IMG/VR virus record: IMGVR_UViG_3300042446_001168
Direction: 5' to 3' (one strand)
DNA from: a virus
Length of the DNA stretch: 64,000 nt
Part shown: in pieces, positions 44,663 through 54,723 of the stretch
How positions within the stretch are numbered: position 1 is the first letter of the stretch
Layout of the letters: every line of letters begins with the position of its first letter
Made by a program: the position numbers and the translations under genes
Notes under the pieces: generated by a model
Told to the model about the DNA's origin: nothing
The model's input: only the letters and a program-made list of their open reading frames with translations
The model's database searches: none

Positions 44663-46084
44663 ATGAAAAAGATTACTAAAAAAACTAAATCTCAAGACGT
44701 TGCTCTAATTACGGGCAATCCTAATGACAAGGTAGTCATTAGTCCAGAAGAAGTTTCTAGAAAATATCAAACAGAGGCAATCAAACTCCTCAAAGCAAAG
44801 CTCAAGAAGCCAGAGTACACATACGCTGGTCCTACTGAAAAGCTATCCGTAGATACTGCTCCCGATAAAAAAGTAGATGGTTTGAAGAAGCTAGTCAGTA
44901 AGATGACTACTCAGCCTGTCACAGAGGAAGACCTCAATGCTGTCTTTAACTCTCTCAGTGAGGCTGGGGCTCTTCGTAAACTTGGATCAATTGCTACCTC
45001 TCCTGTTCGGGCAGCAGGTCTACTAGGTAAGGCTGCTATAATAGGTGGGGTAGTGGGATCAGTAATGTCTACTCCACATACAGCAGTTGCCGGCACCAGT
45101 ATTGCAGCTAACTACGTATCTAACAAGTTGGCTAATGTTGGATCGCTCGAAAAAGATCCGGAAAAAAAATCTGCTGACATATCTCAACAGATAATGAAGC
45201 AAAGACTCAATCAGAGTATCAAGCAGAGGCAGATACTCAAACAGGGTCTCAAGCAGTCTCTGGAAGCCACAAAACAACAACAGATAGCTACTAAACAAAA
45301 GAAGCTATCTCTACAAAAACAAATAAGCTCTCCAATTGTATCCCATAGAGAATGGGATCGTGAAACATACATTCAAGAAAAACTAGAAACCTCTTTCCAA
45401 AAGAAGTCTGATAAATATGGAGTGGATGTTGATACTATCAAGCAAGTATTTGCTGAGGGTATTGAAAGTTATGTGTTCAAAGAGGGCGTCACACCCAATC
45501 AGTTTGCAATGCAGGTGGTCAATTCCTACCTGGCAGAAAGTGGTCTTTGGGATAACATTCATGCTAAGCGTAAGCGTATCAAATCTGGATCTGGTGAGAA
45601 GATGAGAAGGCCAGGGTCAGAAGGTGCACCATCCAAGCAAGACTTTGTGGATGCTGCAGAGCAAGTTGATCAAAAGAAGACACCGCAAGAAAAGTTCAAA
45701 GCTGGATTAAAGAAGGCTGGATATGATCCTGATGCTGGTGCAAAAAGATTAACTGATCTTCTTGCAAAGCAAAAGAAAGAGCGAGAAGAGCACGAGAAGA
45801 AGTATGCTCACTTGTATGAGGATGATGCGGACCAGATTACTGAAGCTGAGTATCAAGGACGCAAGGTTCCTTTAAATAAACCTATGGCCGGTGATGTTAA
45901 AAAGTCAAAAGTATTTGTTGATCCAGATGGTGATGGTACTGCCCAGAAGGTTAATTTTGGGGACAAGAACATGACAATTAAAAAGAACATACCAGCACGT
46001 CGTAAGAGCTTTAGAGCCCGTCACAACTGTGATACAGCTTCAGATAAAACAACACCAAGATATTGGTCATGTAAGGCCTGGTAA
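44663..46084 (+). CDS. Mosaic putative internal head protein
   Basis: GLWDNIHAKRKR and ARRKSFRARHNC...YWSCKAW modules; several (I/L)xE sites. Confidence 0.65.
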   Translation: MKKITKKTKSQDVALITGNPNDKVVISPEEVSRKYQTEAIKLLKAKLKKPEYTYAGPTEKLSVDTAPDKKVDGLKKLVSKMTTQPVTEEDLNAVFNSLSEAGALRKLGSIATSPVRAAGLLGKAAIIGGVVGSVMSTPHTAVAGTSIAANYVSNKLANVGSLEKDPEKKSADISQQIMKQRLNQSIKQRQILKQGLKQSLEATKQQQIATKQKKLSLQKQISSPIVSHREWDRETYIQEKLETSFQKKSDKYGVDVDTIKQVFAEGIESYVFKEGVTPNQFAMQVVNSYLAESGLWDNIHAKRKRIKSGSGEKMRRPGSEGAPSKQDFVDAAEQVDQKKTPQEKFKAGLKKAGYDPDAGAKRLTDLLAKQKKEREEHEKKYAHLYEDDADQITEAEYQGRKVPLNKPMAGDVKKSKVFVDPDGDGTAQKVNFGDKNMTIKKNIPARRKSFRARHNCDTASDKTTPRYWSCKAW

Positions 46085-46509
46085 TGAAATTCAAATCTTT
46101 TTTAAATGAAGCAACTAACGTATGTCCTAAATCTACATACGACCTTGCCCATAATATTGAGTATAGACAAATTGCAATTGATAGTTTTGGGTATGGCCCC
46201 ATGAACCCAATGGAGTCTTCCACAGACTTCTGGCAGGATAAAGCTGTGATGTGGAATGTAACACCAGAAGAAGCTAAGACATCTAGATGTGGCAATTGTG
46301 CTGCATTTGTAAAAACAAAAAAAATGCTTGACTGTATCTACAAGGGTCGAGCAGAGCATGATGATCCCAACGAACTGGATGCATTTAATTCTACTATAAA
46401 AAAAGCCAATCTAGGGTATTGTAACATTCTTCATTTCAAATGTGCTGGTGATAGAACTTGTGATGCATGGATTACTGGTGGTGCGATAGAAGATAAGGAT
46501 TTAAAATGA
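46084..46509 (+). CDS. Cys-rich putative internal protein
   Basis: MKFKSFLNE N-terminus; CGNC...GYC...C...CDAW. Confidence 0.6.
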   Translation: MKFKSFLNEATNVCPKSTYDLAHNIEYRQIAIDSFGYGPMNPMESSTDFWQDKAVMWNVTPEEAKTSRCGNCAAFVKTKKMLDCIYKGRAEHDDPNELDAFNSTIKKANLGYCNILHFKCAGDRTCDAWITGGAIEDKDLK

Positions 46510-46952
46510 AAGAGCAGTTAATTGAAAGTATGAAGGTGGTATTGGCTGATAGCTTTGCCTTTTATTTAAAGGCACATCAGTTTCATTGGAATGTTGAGGG
46601 ACCAGACTTTCCTCAGTATCATGACTTCTTGAGTGACTTATACGAAGAAGTATATGGATCAGTTGATAGAATTGCAGAACAAATTAGAGCTCTAGGAGAA
46701 TATGCTCCTGGATCTTTTAGTAGATTTAAAGAATTGTCTAGTATTGCTGATAGCACAGGAGCTCCCACAGCAGGTGAAATGTTCAACACATTGGCTGGAG
46801 ACAATCAAATAGTACTCAGTACTCTTATGCGGACGTATAAGTTAGCAGAAGAGTATAGTGAAATTGGACTGTCTAATTTCCTGCAAGATAGATATGATGC
46901 TCATAAGAAGCATGCATGGATGATTAGCTCGATACTAAAGAGAAAACAATGA
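46506..46952 (+). CDS. dps: Dps/ferritin-like protein
   Basis: HQFHWNVEGPDFPQYHDF...DRIAEQIR...H.K.AWM. Confidence 0.9.
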   Translation: MKEQLIESMKVVLADSFAFYLKAHQFHWNVEGPDFPQYHDFLSDLYEEVYGSVDRIAEQIRALGEYAPGSFSRFKELSSIADSTGAPTAGEMFNTLAGDNQIVLSTLMRTYKLAEEYSEIGLSNFLQDRYDAHKKHAWMISSILKRKQ

Positions 46953-47521
46953 CAAAGTTCAGAACCCTAGAGAATACTATCCGCGACGTAGTTCGTGGTA
47001 AGATGGTATTGGAGCAACGGGATGACTTAGAAAAAGATCAGAACGATCAAATTGTTGCTGGCACATACCGTACCAAGAATTTTGAGGTGTGTGTGAAGGC
47101 TCAGAAGTTGTTCACAAATCTACCCAAAGGAACCGATCCTGAGGCTACTGAGAAGTCTGCTATTCTTCATGACCAGTTATTTGCTCTTGAGAAGCAAGTT
47201 GTCTCAAAGGAAAGAAGTACTCAAGCTGATGTTGATGAGGCTAATAAGATTGTTGAAAAGATTATGTTACATGCAAATACAATGAATGTATCTAATCGTA
47301 TGGGTTATTTGAAAGATCATATCAGTATAATTGAATCATATAAGCAAGAAGAGGGAAATACCTTTGACAATCCTTCGGATAGTCTTATAAAGAAAAGATT
47401 CACATCACCACCAAGCTATAGTACAAAAGAACGAAATGATAGGGATCTTGATAATTCCAAGTTTCTTATTGCTCGAAATCTTAAAGCTCAACGTAAACTC
47501 AAAATCATAGACGACGATTAA
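46949..47521 (+). CDS. Hypothetical protein (probably internal head)
   Basis: ORF in late operon. Confidence 0.6.
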   Translation: MTKFRTLENTIRDVVRGKMVLEQRDDLEKDQNDQIVAGTYRTKNFEVCVKAQKLFTNLPKGTDPEATEKSAILHDQLFALEKQVVSKERSTQADVDEANKIVEKIMLHANTMNVSNRMGYLKDHISIIESYKQEEGNTFDNPSDSLIKKRFTSPPSYSTKERNDRDLDNSKFLIARNLKAQRKLKIIDDD

Positions 47522-47533
47522 TAAGGAAAACAA

Positions 47534-49159
47534 ATGAAATCTATTTACGAATCAATCAAGAACATTATGGTAACTAAGCAGCAGGATGTAGTAGAAGCTG
47601 GAATGCTTGACGATCTTAAAGACAGAGCTGCCAAAGCATGGAAGCCAGTCACTGATGTTGCTAGTAAGGCAACAAAGTCGGTGACTGATTTTGTTAATAA
47701 AAATATCTCTAGCCCAGAGTCGCGTAAGGCGCTTGGAGCCAGAGCCGAGAAAAATGCTGTTCGCGGACCTGATAATAAGTCTTTCTCTGATACACAAAAA
47801 GATCTGCGTGCCAAAGCTGTTACCAATGCATCCCCTGTCAATGTGCCAGCTGCAAAGCCGCAGGCAGCTACCATCACCAAGGATAGAGTTACTAAGGCAT
47901 TGGCAGCTAGTGGCAAGCCAGATGCAGCATCTAGGGCAAGAGAAGATCAGGCAGCAAAATCAAATGCTGCCCAAGCACCGGCTGGGTCAAATCCAAGCCC
48001 TGATAAGCCTGCTGTAAAGCCTGCTGCAAAGGTAGATGCACCTGCTCAAGGAAAAGTTGATCAGCAAGGCGCCGTCAATCTACCAAAAACAGATACAGAA
48101 GCAAGAGCTGGTAGAGTTGCTGAGCCAGCTGCAAAACCAAATGCTCCTGATACCAGTACGAAGGGTCTCGGTCCACTTGGTGTGCCTGCTCAGGCTAAGC
48201 CATCCACTCCATCAGCATCTACTCCTCCCGAAGTAAAAACTCTAGATGTTACAAAGCCAGAGAAAGCAGAAAAGCCAACCGGGCCAATGAGTAATGTAGA
48301 TGCGTTTAGTGCTAACGCTTCTAAGAAGCCTGAAGGTGGTGGTCCAACAGTAAAAACTGGTACTGATTATGATAAGGTTCCTGTGAAGAGTGGTACTGGT
48401 GATACTACCAATATGACCACTGATTCCCCAGATGAGATATCAAGAAGAGGTCCAATGGGAACCAGATTACCAGAAAAGAAAAAAACAACTTCAGAAAGTA
48501 ATCAAATGAACGTGAATAAAAAATTCAACGTGTCTGATGCTCTGTATCAATCTGTGATGGAAGTCATGAAGAGTAAGGAAGGCACTGCCCCTAAAACAGA
48601 AAAAGAGAAGCAGCTTGCTGCCATGTCTGGTGACAAGAAGATGATTACCCATGGTGACGTCCTTAAAGCTCGCGGAGTGACAAAGGAAGAAGTTAGTGTT
48701 GAAGAGAATACGGACACTCCTGGTAATGGCTATGAGCATCAATGTGCTATCCATGTTAAGAATGAGTCGTTTGGTGAAGGCCGTACGATTACTACTCAGC
48801 ATGCTGATCCAGATGAGAATGGTAACATTGCATGGTATGATGTTATGTTTGAGCACGGTATTGAAAAGTATGTTCCTACAAGCGATCTAGAGATTCTTGT
48901 TTCTGAGTCCCACATGCATATGATGAAGAAGAAAAAGAAAGTGACCGAAGCTGTTCGTGGATATGTAGATAGCGTTAGTGGTGCTAGACCACCTGCAAAT
49001 CAAACAGAGCGCGACACGCTTGCCCAACAAATTAATACGAATCGCAAAATTAATAGATCAGATACTCGAGTAACAGGATATGGTAACCGTGTAACACCCC
49101 AGAAAGGTGTAGATTCTGCTGGAACATTCAGTGCACGTGGTCCTGTAACAAAAACATAG
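47534..49159 (+). CDS. Low-complexity putative internal head protein
   Basis: Ala/Pro/Lys-rich; HQCAIHV...WYDVMFEHGIE module. Confidence 0.65.
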   Translation: MKSIYESIKNIMVTKQQDVVEAGMLDDLKDRAAKAWKPVTDVASKATKSVTDFVNKNISSPESRKALGARAEKNAVRGPDNKSFSDTQKDLRAKAVTNASPVNVPAAKPQAATITKDRVTKALAASGKPDAASRAREDQAAKSNAAQAPAGSNPSPDKPAVKPAAKVDAPAQGKVDQQGAVNLPKTDTEARAGRVAEPAAKPNAPDTSTKGLGPLGVPAQAKPSTPSASTPPEVKTLDVTKPEKAEKPTGPMSNVDAFSANASKKPEGGGPTVKTGTDYDKVPVKSGTGDTTNMTTDSPDEISRRGPMGTRLPEKKKTTSESNQMNVNKKFNVSDALYQSVMEVMKSKEGTAPKTEKEKQLAAMSGDKKMITHGDVLKARGVTKEEVSVEENTDTPGNGYEHQCAIHVKNESFGEGRTITTQHADPDENGNIAWYDVMFEHGIEKYVPTSDLEILVSESHMHMMKKKKKVTEAVRGYVDSVSGARPPANQTERDTLAQQINTNRKINRSDTRVTGYGNRVTPQKGVDSAGTFSARGPVTKT

Positions 49160-49167
49160 GAAATGTA

Positions 49168-50175
49168 ATGAAAAAACTAAAAGAATTGATGGAGGGGACC
49201 GTAGTCTCCTCCGATTACAAGCTCAGCAAGAATGGTCGTAAGTATAAGGCTCATCGCAAGATGATTGAAGATACCAACCCATACAGCGTTGATGTTGACG
49301 AGGCAACCGATAAGGTTGTCAAGGATAAGTCTGGAAAGGTTACTAGCTGGATGCATACTGGTGACTGGAAGAAAGCCACCAAGAAAGATCCTGCTGGAAA
49401 AGTTACTAACCTAAGTGACAAGGCTCGTCGTAAGACAGCTAGTATGGCTAACGAAGCCAAGGATCCTAGAGAATATGACTATGAAGGTGACATGGCAAAA
49501 AGTCAGTTGCGCAGTATTATTGCCAACGCTAAGCAGGTTCATGATATGTTAAAAGATGATACTAACATGGCTGAATGGGTGCAGAGCAAGATTACTCTGG
49601 CAGCTGACTATGTTAGTACCGTTGCTGACTATATGCAGAGCGAGGTTAATGAAGATCTAGATGAAGAGGGTGCTTTCTCCTATGGTGCAAAAACTCCTCG
49701 AAAAGGCAGTGTAGCTTATAATGCGACGATGAAACGTAAAGAGCAAGAAAAAGGTAAACAGCCAGTTGAGCCTAAAGACCAGATGGTTGGTACTGCCAAA
49801 GCAGTTAAAGAAGACACTGATCTTGACGAGGCACGTGGTCGTCCTGCAGGTGCTGCTACTCTTGCTAAGCGTGCTGCTGCTGCGTCAAAGCCTAAAGAAG
49901 ATGATGACGAGAGCGAGCAATACGATAAAGATAGTGGAGTGGAAGCAGATCAGCACATTCATGTTCAGCTGAAGAAAGCCATTGATTCCACTGAAAAGCC
50001 GTTTGAGATATCATTCAGAAACAACAAGAAGCATAAGGTGTCAAGTGCGGTAGCCAAAGATATCCTGACAGCGACTGAAAAGTTAAAGCCAGAGCACAGA
50101 AAACAAGTACATGATCAAATACATCAGTCCTATGATAATTTGATGGGTGTGCATAAAATGATTAAGAGTGTATAA
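49168..50175 (+). CDS. Putative internal head protein
   Basis: EYDYEGDMAKSQL...EWVQSKIT.A.DY module; LDE/VDE sites. Confidence 0.65.
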   Translation: MKKLKELMEGTVVSSDYKLSKNGRKYKAHRKMIEDTNPYSVDVDEATDKVVKDKSGKVTSWMHTGDWKKATKKDPAGKVTNLSDKARRKTASMANEAKDPREYDYEGDMAKSQLRSIIANAKQVHDMLKDDTNMAEWVQSKITLAADYVSTVADYMQSEVNEDLDEEGAFSYGAKTPRKGSVAYNATMKRKEQEKGKQPVEPKDQMVGTAKAVKEDTDLDEARGRPAGAATLAKRAAAASKPKEDDDESEQYDKDSGVEADQHIHVQLKKAIDSTEKPFEISFRNNKKHKVSSAVAKDILTATEKLKPEHRKQVHDQIHQSYDNLMGVHKMIKSV

Positions 50176-50513
50176 TGCCTATCATATCTGGTAATATTAC
50201 TATTGGAAAGGAGCATGTAGTTGTTCCTGAGCCAGAGATTCCTCAGAGAAATGCTGCGACTAGCCTGCAGGAATTGAGAGCCAAACTTATTCGCGAGGAA
50301 ATGTCTGCAAATCCTCCTATTGAGCCAGATACTGATATAGAGATGGATGAAGTTGTGGTACCTACTATAGCAGAACCAAGGGTTGAAGCTTCGCATGTTC
50401 CACCTCAGGTACCAAGACGTTCACCTAAGAAGGCAAGAGGATTAGATGATCCTTTGATATCATATAAACAATCATCCTTTATGTCAGATATGATACAAAC
50501 TGACAAAGACTAA
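50175..50513 (+). CDS. Hypothetical protein
   Basis: ORF in operon. Confidence 0.55.
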   Translation: MPIISGNITIGKEHVVVPEPEIPQRNAATSLQELRAKLIREEMSANPPIEPDTDIEMDEVVVPTIAEPRVEASHVPPQVPRRSPKKARGLDDPLISYKQSSFMSDMIQTDKD

Positions 50514-50549
50514 ATAAGAACATAAACCTAGATTTCAAGGAGTACTAAA

Positions 50550-51410
50550 ATGCCATTATGGGGAAACACAGACGATGCAGCGAATTCAGTAATTTCTGCG
50601 CCTGCGGGATTCAATCAAGCACCAACAAGAGCTAATGCTAATCTATTGTACGGTAACACAACACTCAGCGGATCAGTCAGCGGTGAGATCATCGGTATGT
50701 ACGGTGTAGACGTAACAGAGATGAGTGTTGGTACAGGTCCAGTTGTTGATGGTATCATCACCTTTGCTGGTTCTGGTTACAGAGCCAATACAACAGTTGC
50801 ATTTACATCTAACAACACTGGATCATCTGCTGCTGCAAACGGACAAACCAATGCATCGGGTAAAGTTGCTGCCATTAATATCTCAACCAATGGTTCGGGA
50901 TACACAACATCTCCAATTATTACCCTTGCTGCACCAAGCGCACAGACGTTCCCAGGTAACACGACTGTTGTATCTATTGGTAACACCACTAACACTGGTT
51001 GGATTACACTTGGTGCAAACGCACCGTTCTTCACAAACAACGATGTTGTAACGTATTTGGTGGCTGCGGCTAATACAGCCCTGGGTGGGTTAGTTAACGC
51101 TACTGCTTATTATGTGTTGACTGTTAACTCAACAGCAATTCAGCTGAAGTCAGATCCTCTTGCAGCAGCCGCTATCAATATTTCTTCTGTTCCAACATCT
51201 GCTCAAGCTGGTCATTCAATTACTGGCGAGACAGCAACAGGAGTTGTAACAGTTGGTGGTGCACAAAATCGTGGAGTTACTCATGCTGGATGGGTAATCA
51301 GAACAGAAGGTACGGGCGGCCGTGCTGGTAGAGTTCAGTATGAGACATTGGTTGCTATGGGTTCCATGTCTACTGACGGTTCTGATGATAACGTATTACC
51401 TGATGCATAA
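50550..51410 (+). CDS. Virion structural protein
   Basis: MPLWG...HAGWV...GRV..ETLVAM family; AAGGAG RBS; CTAAATA promoter variant upstream. Confidence 0.7.
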   Translation: MPLWGNTDDAANSVISAPAGFNQAPTRANANLLYGNTTLSGSVSGEIIGMYGVDVTEMSVGTGPVVDGIITFAGSGYRANTTVAFTSNNTGSSAAANGQTNASGKVAAINISTNGSGYTTSPIITLAAPSAQTFPGNTTVVSIGNTTNTGWITLGANAPFFTNNDVVTYLVAAANTALGGLVNATAYYVLTVNSTAIQLKSDPLAAAAINISSVPTSAQAGHSITGETATGVVTVGGAQNRGVTHAGWVIRTEGTGGRAGRVQYETLVAMGSMSTDGSDDNVLPDA

Positions 51411-51694
51411 TGAGTGATCGCGCTAAGAAGATAACGGAGCTGTCTGCATTGACAGCTCCTGCAGCGGAGGACCTGGTGGTGATTGTAGATGATCCATCGG
51501 GTACCCCAACTACTAAGTACGTTACAGTTGGTAACCTGCTCGGAAATGTTGCAGCTAACGTTGTTATTTACAATGCCACCCCCGCTAACAGCACTATTAC
51601 TGTTAAGAAGGGTACTCTGATGTTTGATACTTCCTACTTGTACATTGCAACTGCAAACAACGTATTGAAGAGGGTAGCTCTGAGTACTTTCTAA
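51410..51694 (+). CDS. Small structural protein
   Basis: KKITEL...D..YLYIATA.N..KRVAL. Confidence 0.65.
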   Translation: MSDRAKKITELSALTAPAAEDLVVIVDDPSGTPTTKYVTVGNLLGNVAANVVIYNATPANSTITVKKGTLMFDTSYLYIATANNVLKRVALSTF

Positions 51695-51695
51695 T

Positions 51696-52091
51696 ATGCC
51701 AATTGATGACCTGACTGAAGCAAATGCTTTAATATATGCTGCCAAACATTATGACAACCCTCATTTCTTTGATACAATAGAGTTCTATGAAGATCTTAGT
51801 AGATTTAAATATCTTAAAAAGCTATTCAGTCGATATGAAGACACTGGTGAAATAAATGAAAGATTAGTGCTCAACCACCTCACCGTCATATACAATGTAT
51901 TTGGAGTAGAGGCTGCAACCAAACTATTATTTTTAAAGATGGATAACTACGGCTCATACTTGAAGCCGTTTTTATTGCTCCTCAATTTTCTACCCGAGGT
52001 TATTTTGGGTGTGGGGGGAATCAACATAACCACATCTGATATAGTAATGGATCAGAATATTGTAGATAAGCTGAGAAAGATAAATGAGTAA
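51696..52091 (+). CDS. Conserved T4-like hypothetical protein
   Basis: YAAKHYDNP...EFYEDL.RFKY...ERLVLNH. Confidence 0.75.
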   Translation: MPIDDLTEANALIYAAKHYDNPHFFDTIEFYEDLSRFKYLKKLFSRYEDTGEINERLVLNHLTVIYNVFGVEAATKLLFLKMDNYGSYLKPFLLLLNFLPEVILGVGGINITTSDIVMDQNIVDKLRKINE

Positions 52092-52575
52092 CCAAATCCC
52101 TCCAAATATCAAAGATGTACCATCAATGACCAGTAACCCTCTGGCCGATGCATTCCTAACATACCAGCTATTGAAAAGAATCAACACTCCTTTTGAGAAG
52201 TGGGACGCTTATCGTCTAGGAATAATTGATAAGCATGGTAAGGTGCTGAAGAAGAAGTCAAGACTCAAGACAAGAAATGAAAAAGCTGCGTGGGGATACT
52301 TTGATATCATCACTGCCAATCTTAAAAAAATACTGGCCAAAGTACCGGGTGGCCAATCGCAAACAGGCTCTATAGTAGCTTCTTATTTGTTAATCAAGGA
52401 ACAAGTTGATCGTCAAGCTAATATTACAGAAGAAGACATCGAGCGCTTATGCGAGGATGAGGCTGCTGTTGTACCCGCTAATAATATAGGTCAAGGTGAT
52501 GTCAAGTTGTTTGATCCTCTTCTACCAAGACTCAAAAAAGTACTGAGAAGAAAGAAACCAGATGTGGTTAGTTGA
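52084..52575 (+). CDS. Conserved T4-like hypothetical protein
   Basis: PFEKWDAYRLGIID..G. Confidence 0.7.
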   Translation: MSNQIPPNIKDVPSMTSNPLADAFLTYQLLKRINTPFEKWDAYRLGIIDKHGKVLKKKSRLKTRNEKAAWGYFDIITANLKKILAKVPGGQSQTGSIVASYLLIKEQVDRQANITEEDIERLCEDEAAVVPANNIGQGDVKLFDPLLPRLKKVLRRKKPDVVS

Positions 52576-52990
52576 TTTTCTACCTGACTGGATATTCAGT
52601 GCACTTTTTGCAGTATCAATTATAATACTATTAGTATCGTTTCTAGTAAGTAAGCTCCCCGTAATATCCTCATACATACTACCAATAAGAATAGTATTTG
52701 TTATTGTAGCAATGGCCTGCGTGTGGTTCATGGGTGGCATTGCTAAGGATGAGGAGTGGAAGCAACGCGTGGCTGAAATGGAGCAGAAGGTTGCTCAATC
52801 GGAAGTTAAGTCAGCTGAACAGAATATAAAAATAGTTACTAAATTGGTTACTAAGACTAAAATAGTTAAGCAGAGAAGTGAGACTATTGTGAAGTACATT
52901 GACAAAGAGATAGTCAAGTACGACTCAAAATGCGAGATTCCAAAAGAGTTTATTGATGTTCTCAACGAAGCAGCAGGAGATCCTAAATGA
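52562..52990 (+). CDS. Inner-membrane spanin (Rz-like)
   Basis: N-terminal TM helices, coiled coil, C-terminal Cys; followed by a lipoprotein. Confidence 0.65.
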   Translation: MWLVDFLPDWIFSALFAVSIIILLVSFLVSKLPVISSYILPIRIVFVIVAMACVWFMGGIAKDEEWKQRVAEMEQKVAQSEVKSAEQNIKIVTKLVTKTKIVKQRSETIVKYIDKEIVKYDSKCEIPKEFIDVLNEAAGDPK

Positions 52991-53247
52991 GAATTGGAGT
53001 TATTTTACTAATTCTATTAACTGGATGCTCTACTACTGTGCCAGTGTCACGCAAGTTTCCAGTTGCTCCGGATGTGTTAATGGAGAGGTGTGCTCAGCTT
53101 GAGCTACTTCAACCAGATGCCAAACTAAGTGATGTGGCAAAGAATGTTACTCGTAATTACTCTTTGTACCATGAGTGTGCTATAAAGAACGACTTTTGGC
53201 AGGAGTGGTATACTGAGCAAAAGAAAATATTTGACGAAGTTAAATGA
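52987..53247 (+). CDS. Outer-membrane spanin lipoprotein (Rz1-like)
   Basis: LTGC lipobox, P..LM..C..L...NY..Y..C. Confidence 0.7.
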   Translation: MRIGVILLILLTGCSTTVPVSRKFPVAPDVLMERCAQLELLQPDAKLSDVAKNVTRNYSLYHECAIKNDFWQEWYTEQKKIFDEVK

Positions 53248-53258
53248 TAGCGTATTGA

Positions 53259-53352
53259 ATACACACCTTAGGACCGTTAATCTTTAAGAGTGTATAAGGA
53301 GGCCCCTGCCTACTACATCAACATATGTTGAGGACATAAGTGGGGCAACACC
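53259..53352 (+). ncRNA. Putative structured RNA upstream of the endolysin
   Basis: Stems ATACAC/GTGTAT, CTTA/TAAG, TCAAC/GTTGA and GCCCC/GGGGC in a 133-nt gap. Confidence 0.4.
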
Positions 53353-53380
53353 GAATAATTATAATAACAAAAGGTGAAAC

Positions 53381-53995
53381 ATGGAACTATCTCTACAACA
53401 ACTGAAGCAACTGCTTCCCAAGAATCCGTACGTAGATCATTGGCACGAAGCATTAGAACAGCTGCTTCCTGATTATGATATCAACACTCCTCAACGCATT
53501 GCAGCATTTATTGCTCAATGTGCACATGAGTCGGGTGGCTTTGTGGCTCTCAAAGAGAATCTCAACTACAAGGCTGCTACTCTTAGAAAAATATTTCCCA
53601 AGTACTTTCCCGATGATGCTACTGCTGCCAAGTTTGCTGGCAAGCAAGAAGCAATTGCCAATAAAGTGTATGCTAGTCGTATGGGCAATGGACCAGAGGC
53701 ATCTGGAGATGGATTCCGATATTGTGGCCGTGGTCTAATTCAATTGACCGGCAAGAATAACTACCAAGCGTTTGCTGATAGTCTTGAGATGGACGTAGAA
53801 GATGTGCCTGAGTATCTTGCAACGTTTGAAGGTGCTGCACAGAGTGCATGCTGGTTCTGGGAATCGAACAATCTCAACCGTTTTGCTGATAAAGGTGACA
53901 TCAAGGGACTAACCAAGGCAATTAATGGTGGTTATATTGGATTAGAGGACCGTGAACACCATTACAATCATGCCTTGCATGTACTAGGTGTATAA
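53381..53995 (+). CDS. Glycoside hydrolase family 19 endolysin
   Basis: AFIAQCAHES, ENLNY, GRGLIQLTGKNNY, INGG..GL.DR. Confidence 0.92.
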   Translation: MELSLQQLKQLLPKNPYVDHWHEALEQLLPDYDINTPQRIAAFIAQCAHESGGFVALKENLNYKAATLRKIFPKYFPDDATAAKFAGKQEAIANKVYASRMGNGPEASGDGFRYCGRGLIQLTGKNNYQAFADSLEMDVEDVPEYLATFEGAAQSACWFWESNNLNRFADKGDIKGLTKAINGGYIGLEDREHHYNHALHVLGV

Positions 53996-54238
53996 ATGAA
54001 AGATCTGCTTAAATACTTGCCTCAGTTGTTATCAATTCTGCCAAGTATCATTAAGTACGTTCCTATATTATTAATTATTGGTGGAGTAGGATATGGAGGT
54101 TGGTATTTTGCTAATCAGCTCCCACCTACTCATCTATGCATCGACAACGAATTATATGAGCTTCAGTTAGGAAGCACGGTATACAGTTTTAAAGGCACTT
54201 ACTGTATAGATAAACAACCACCGGTTGGGGGAAAATAA
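53996..54238 (+). CDS. Small membrane protein
   Basis: One TM helix, in lysis region. Confidence 0.55.
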   Translation: MKDLLKYLPQLLSILPSIIKYVPILLIIGGVGYGGWYFANQLPPTHLCIDNELYELQLGSTVYSFKGTYCIDKQPPVGGK

Positions 54239-54239
54239 G

Positions 54240-54722
54240 ATGGCAAGAAAACAAAAAGAACTTCCAGAGAAGTCAGAAGACCAAAAAGCTAAAGATGATT
54301 GGATGCAGAATAAATGGCGTCCAGCAATGGGTTGGATGTATATGATGGTATGTGTATTTGACTTTATCATATTCCCAGTGTTGTGGGCAGTCGTACAATT
54401 CTGGGAAACAGATGCAGCAAATGATGCATTTCGTCAATGGCAACCACTAACCCTCCAAGGTGCTGGATTATTCCACATGGCAATGGGTGCTGTTCTTGGT
54501 ATCTCTGCATATGGTCGTACACAAGAGAAGTTAGGTGGGTCTGCTTCTAACGGAATGCAGATGCCAGATGCTCAACCAGCTAGCCCATCAGCATTTGGAT
54601 CATCCCCAATGTCAACAAGACGTGAACCTACTCTTGATAGCGTAAGCAGTGGCTTTGGGTCAGTTGGTACAGGATTTGGTGGTAAGAAAGCTCCACCAGT
54701 AGCATTCCAGCCGGAGTTATAA
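54240..54722 (+). CDS. Putative holin (3TM-holin-like)
   Basis: KWRPAMGW...FH.AMGAVLG..AYGRT.EK. Confidence 0.65.
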   Translation: MARKQKELPEKSEDQKAKDDWMQNKWRPAMGWMYMMVCVFDFIIFPVLWAVVQFWETDAANDAFRQWQPLTLQGAGLFHMAMGAVLGISAYGRTQEKLGGSASNGMQMPDAQPASPSAFGSSPMSTRREPTLDSVSSGFGSVGTGFGGKKAPPVAFQPEL

Positions 54723-54723
54723 T

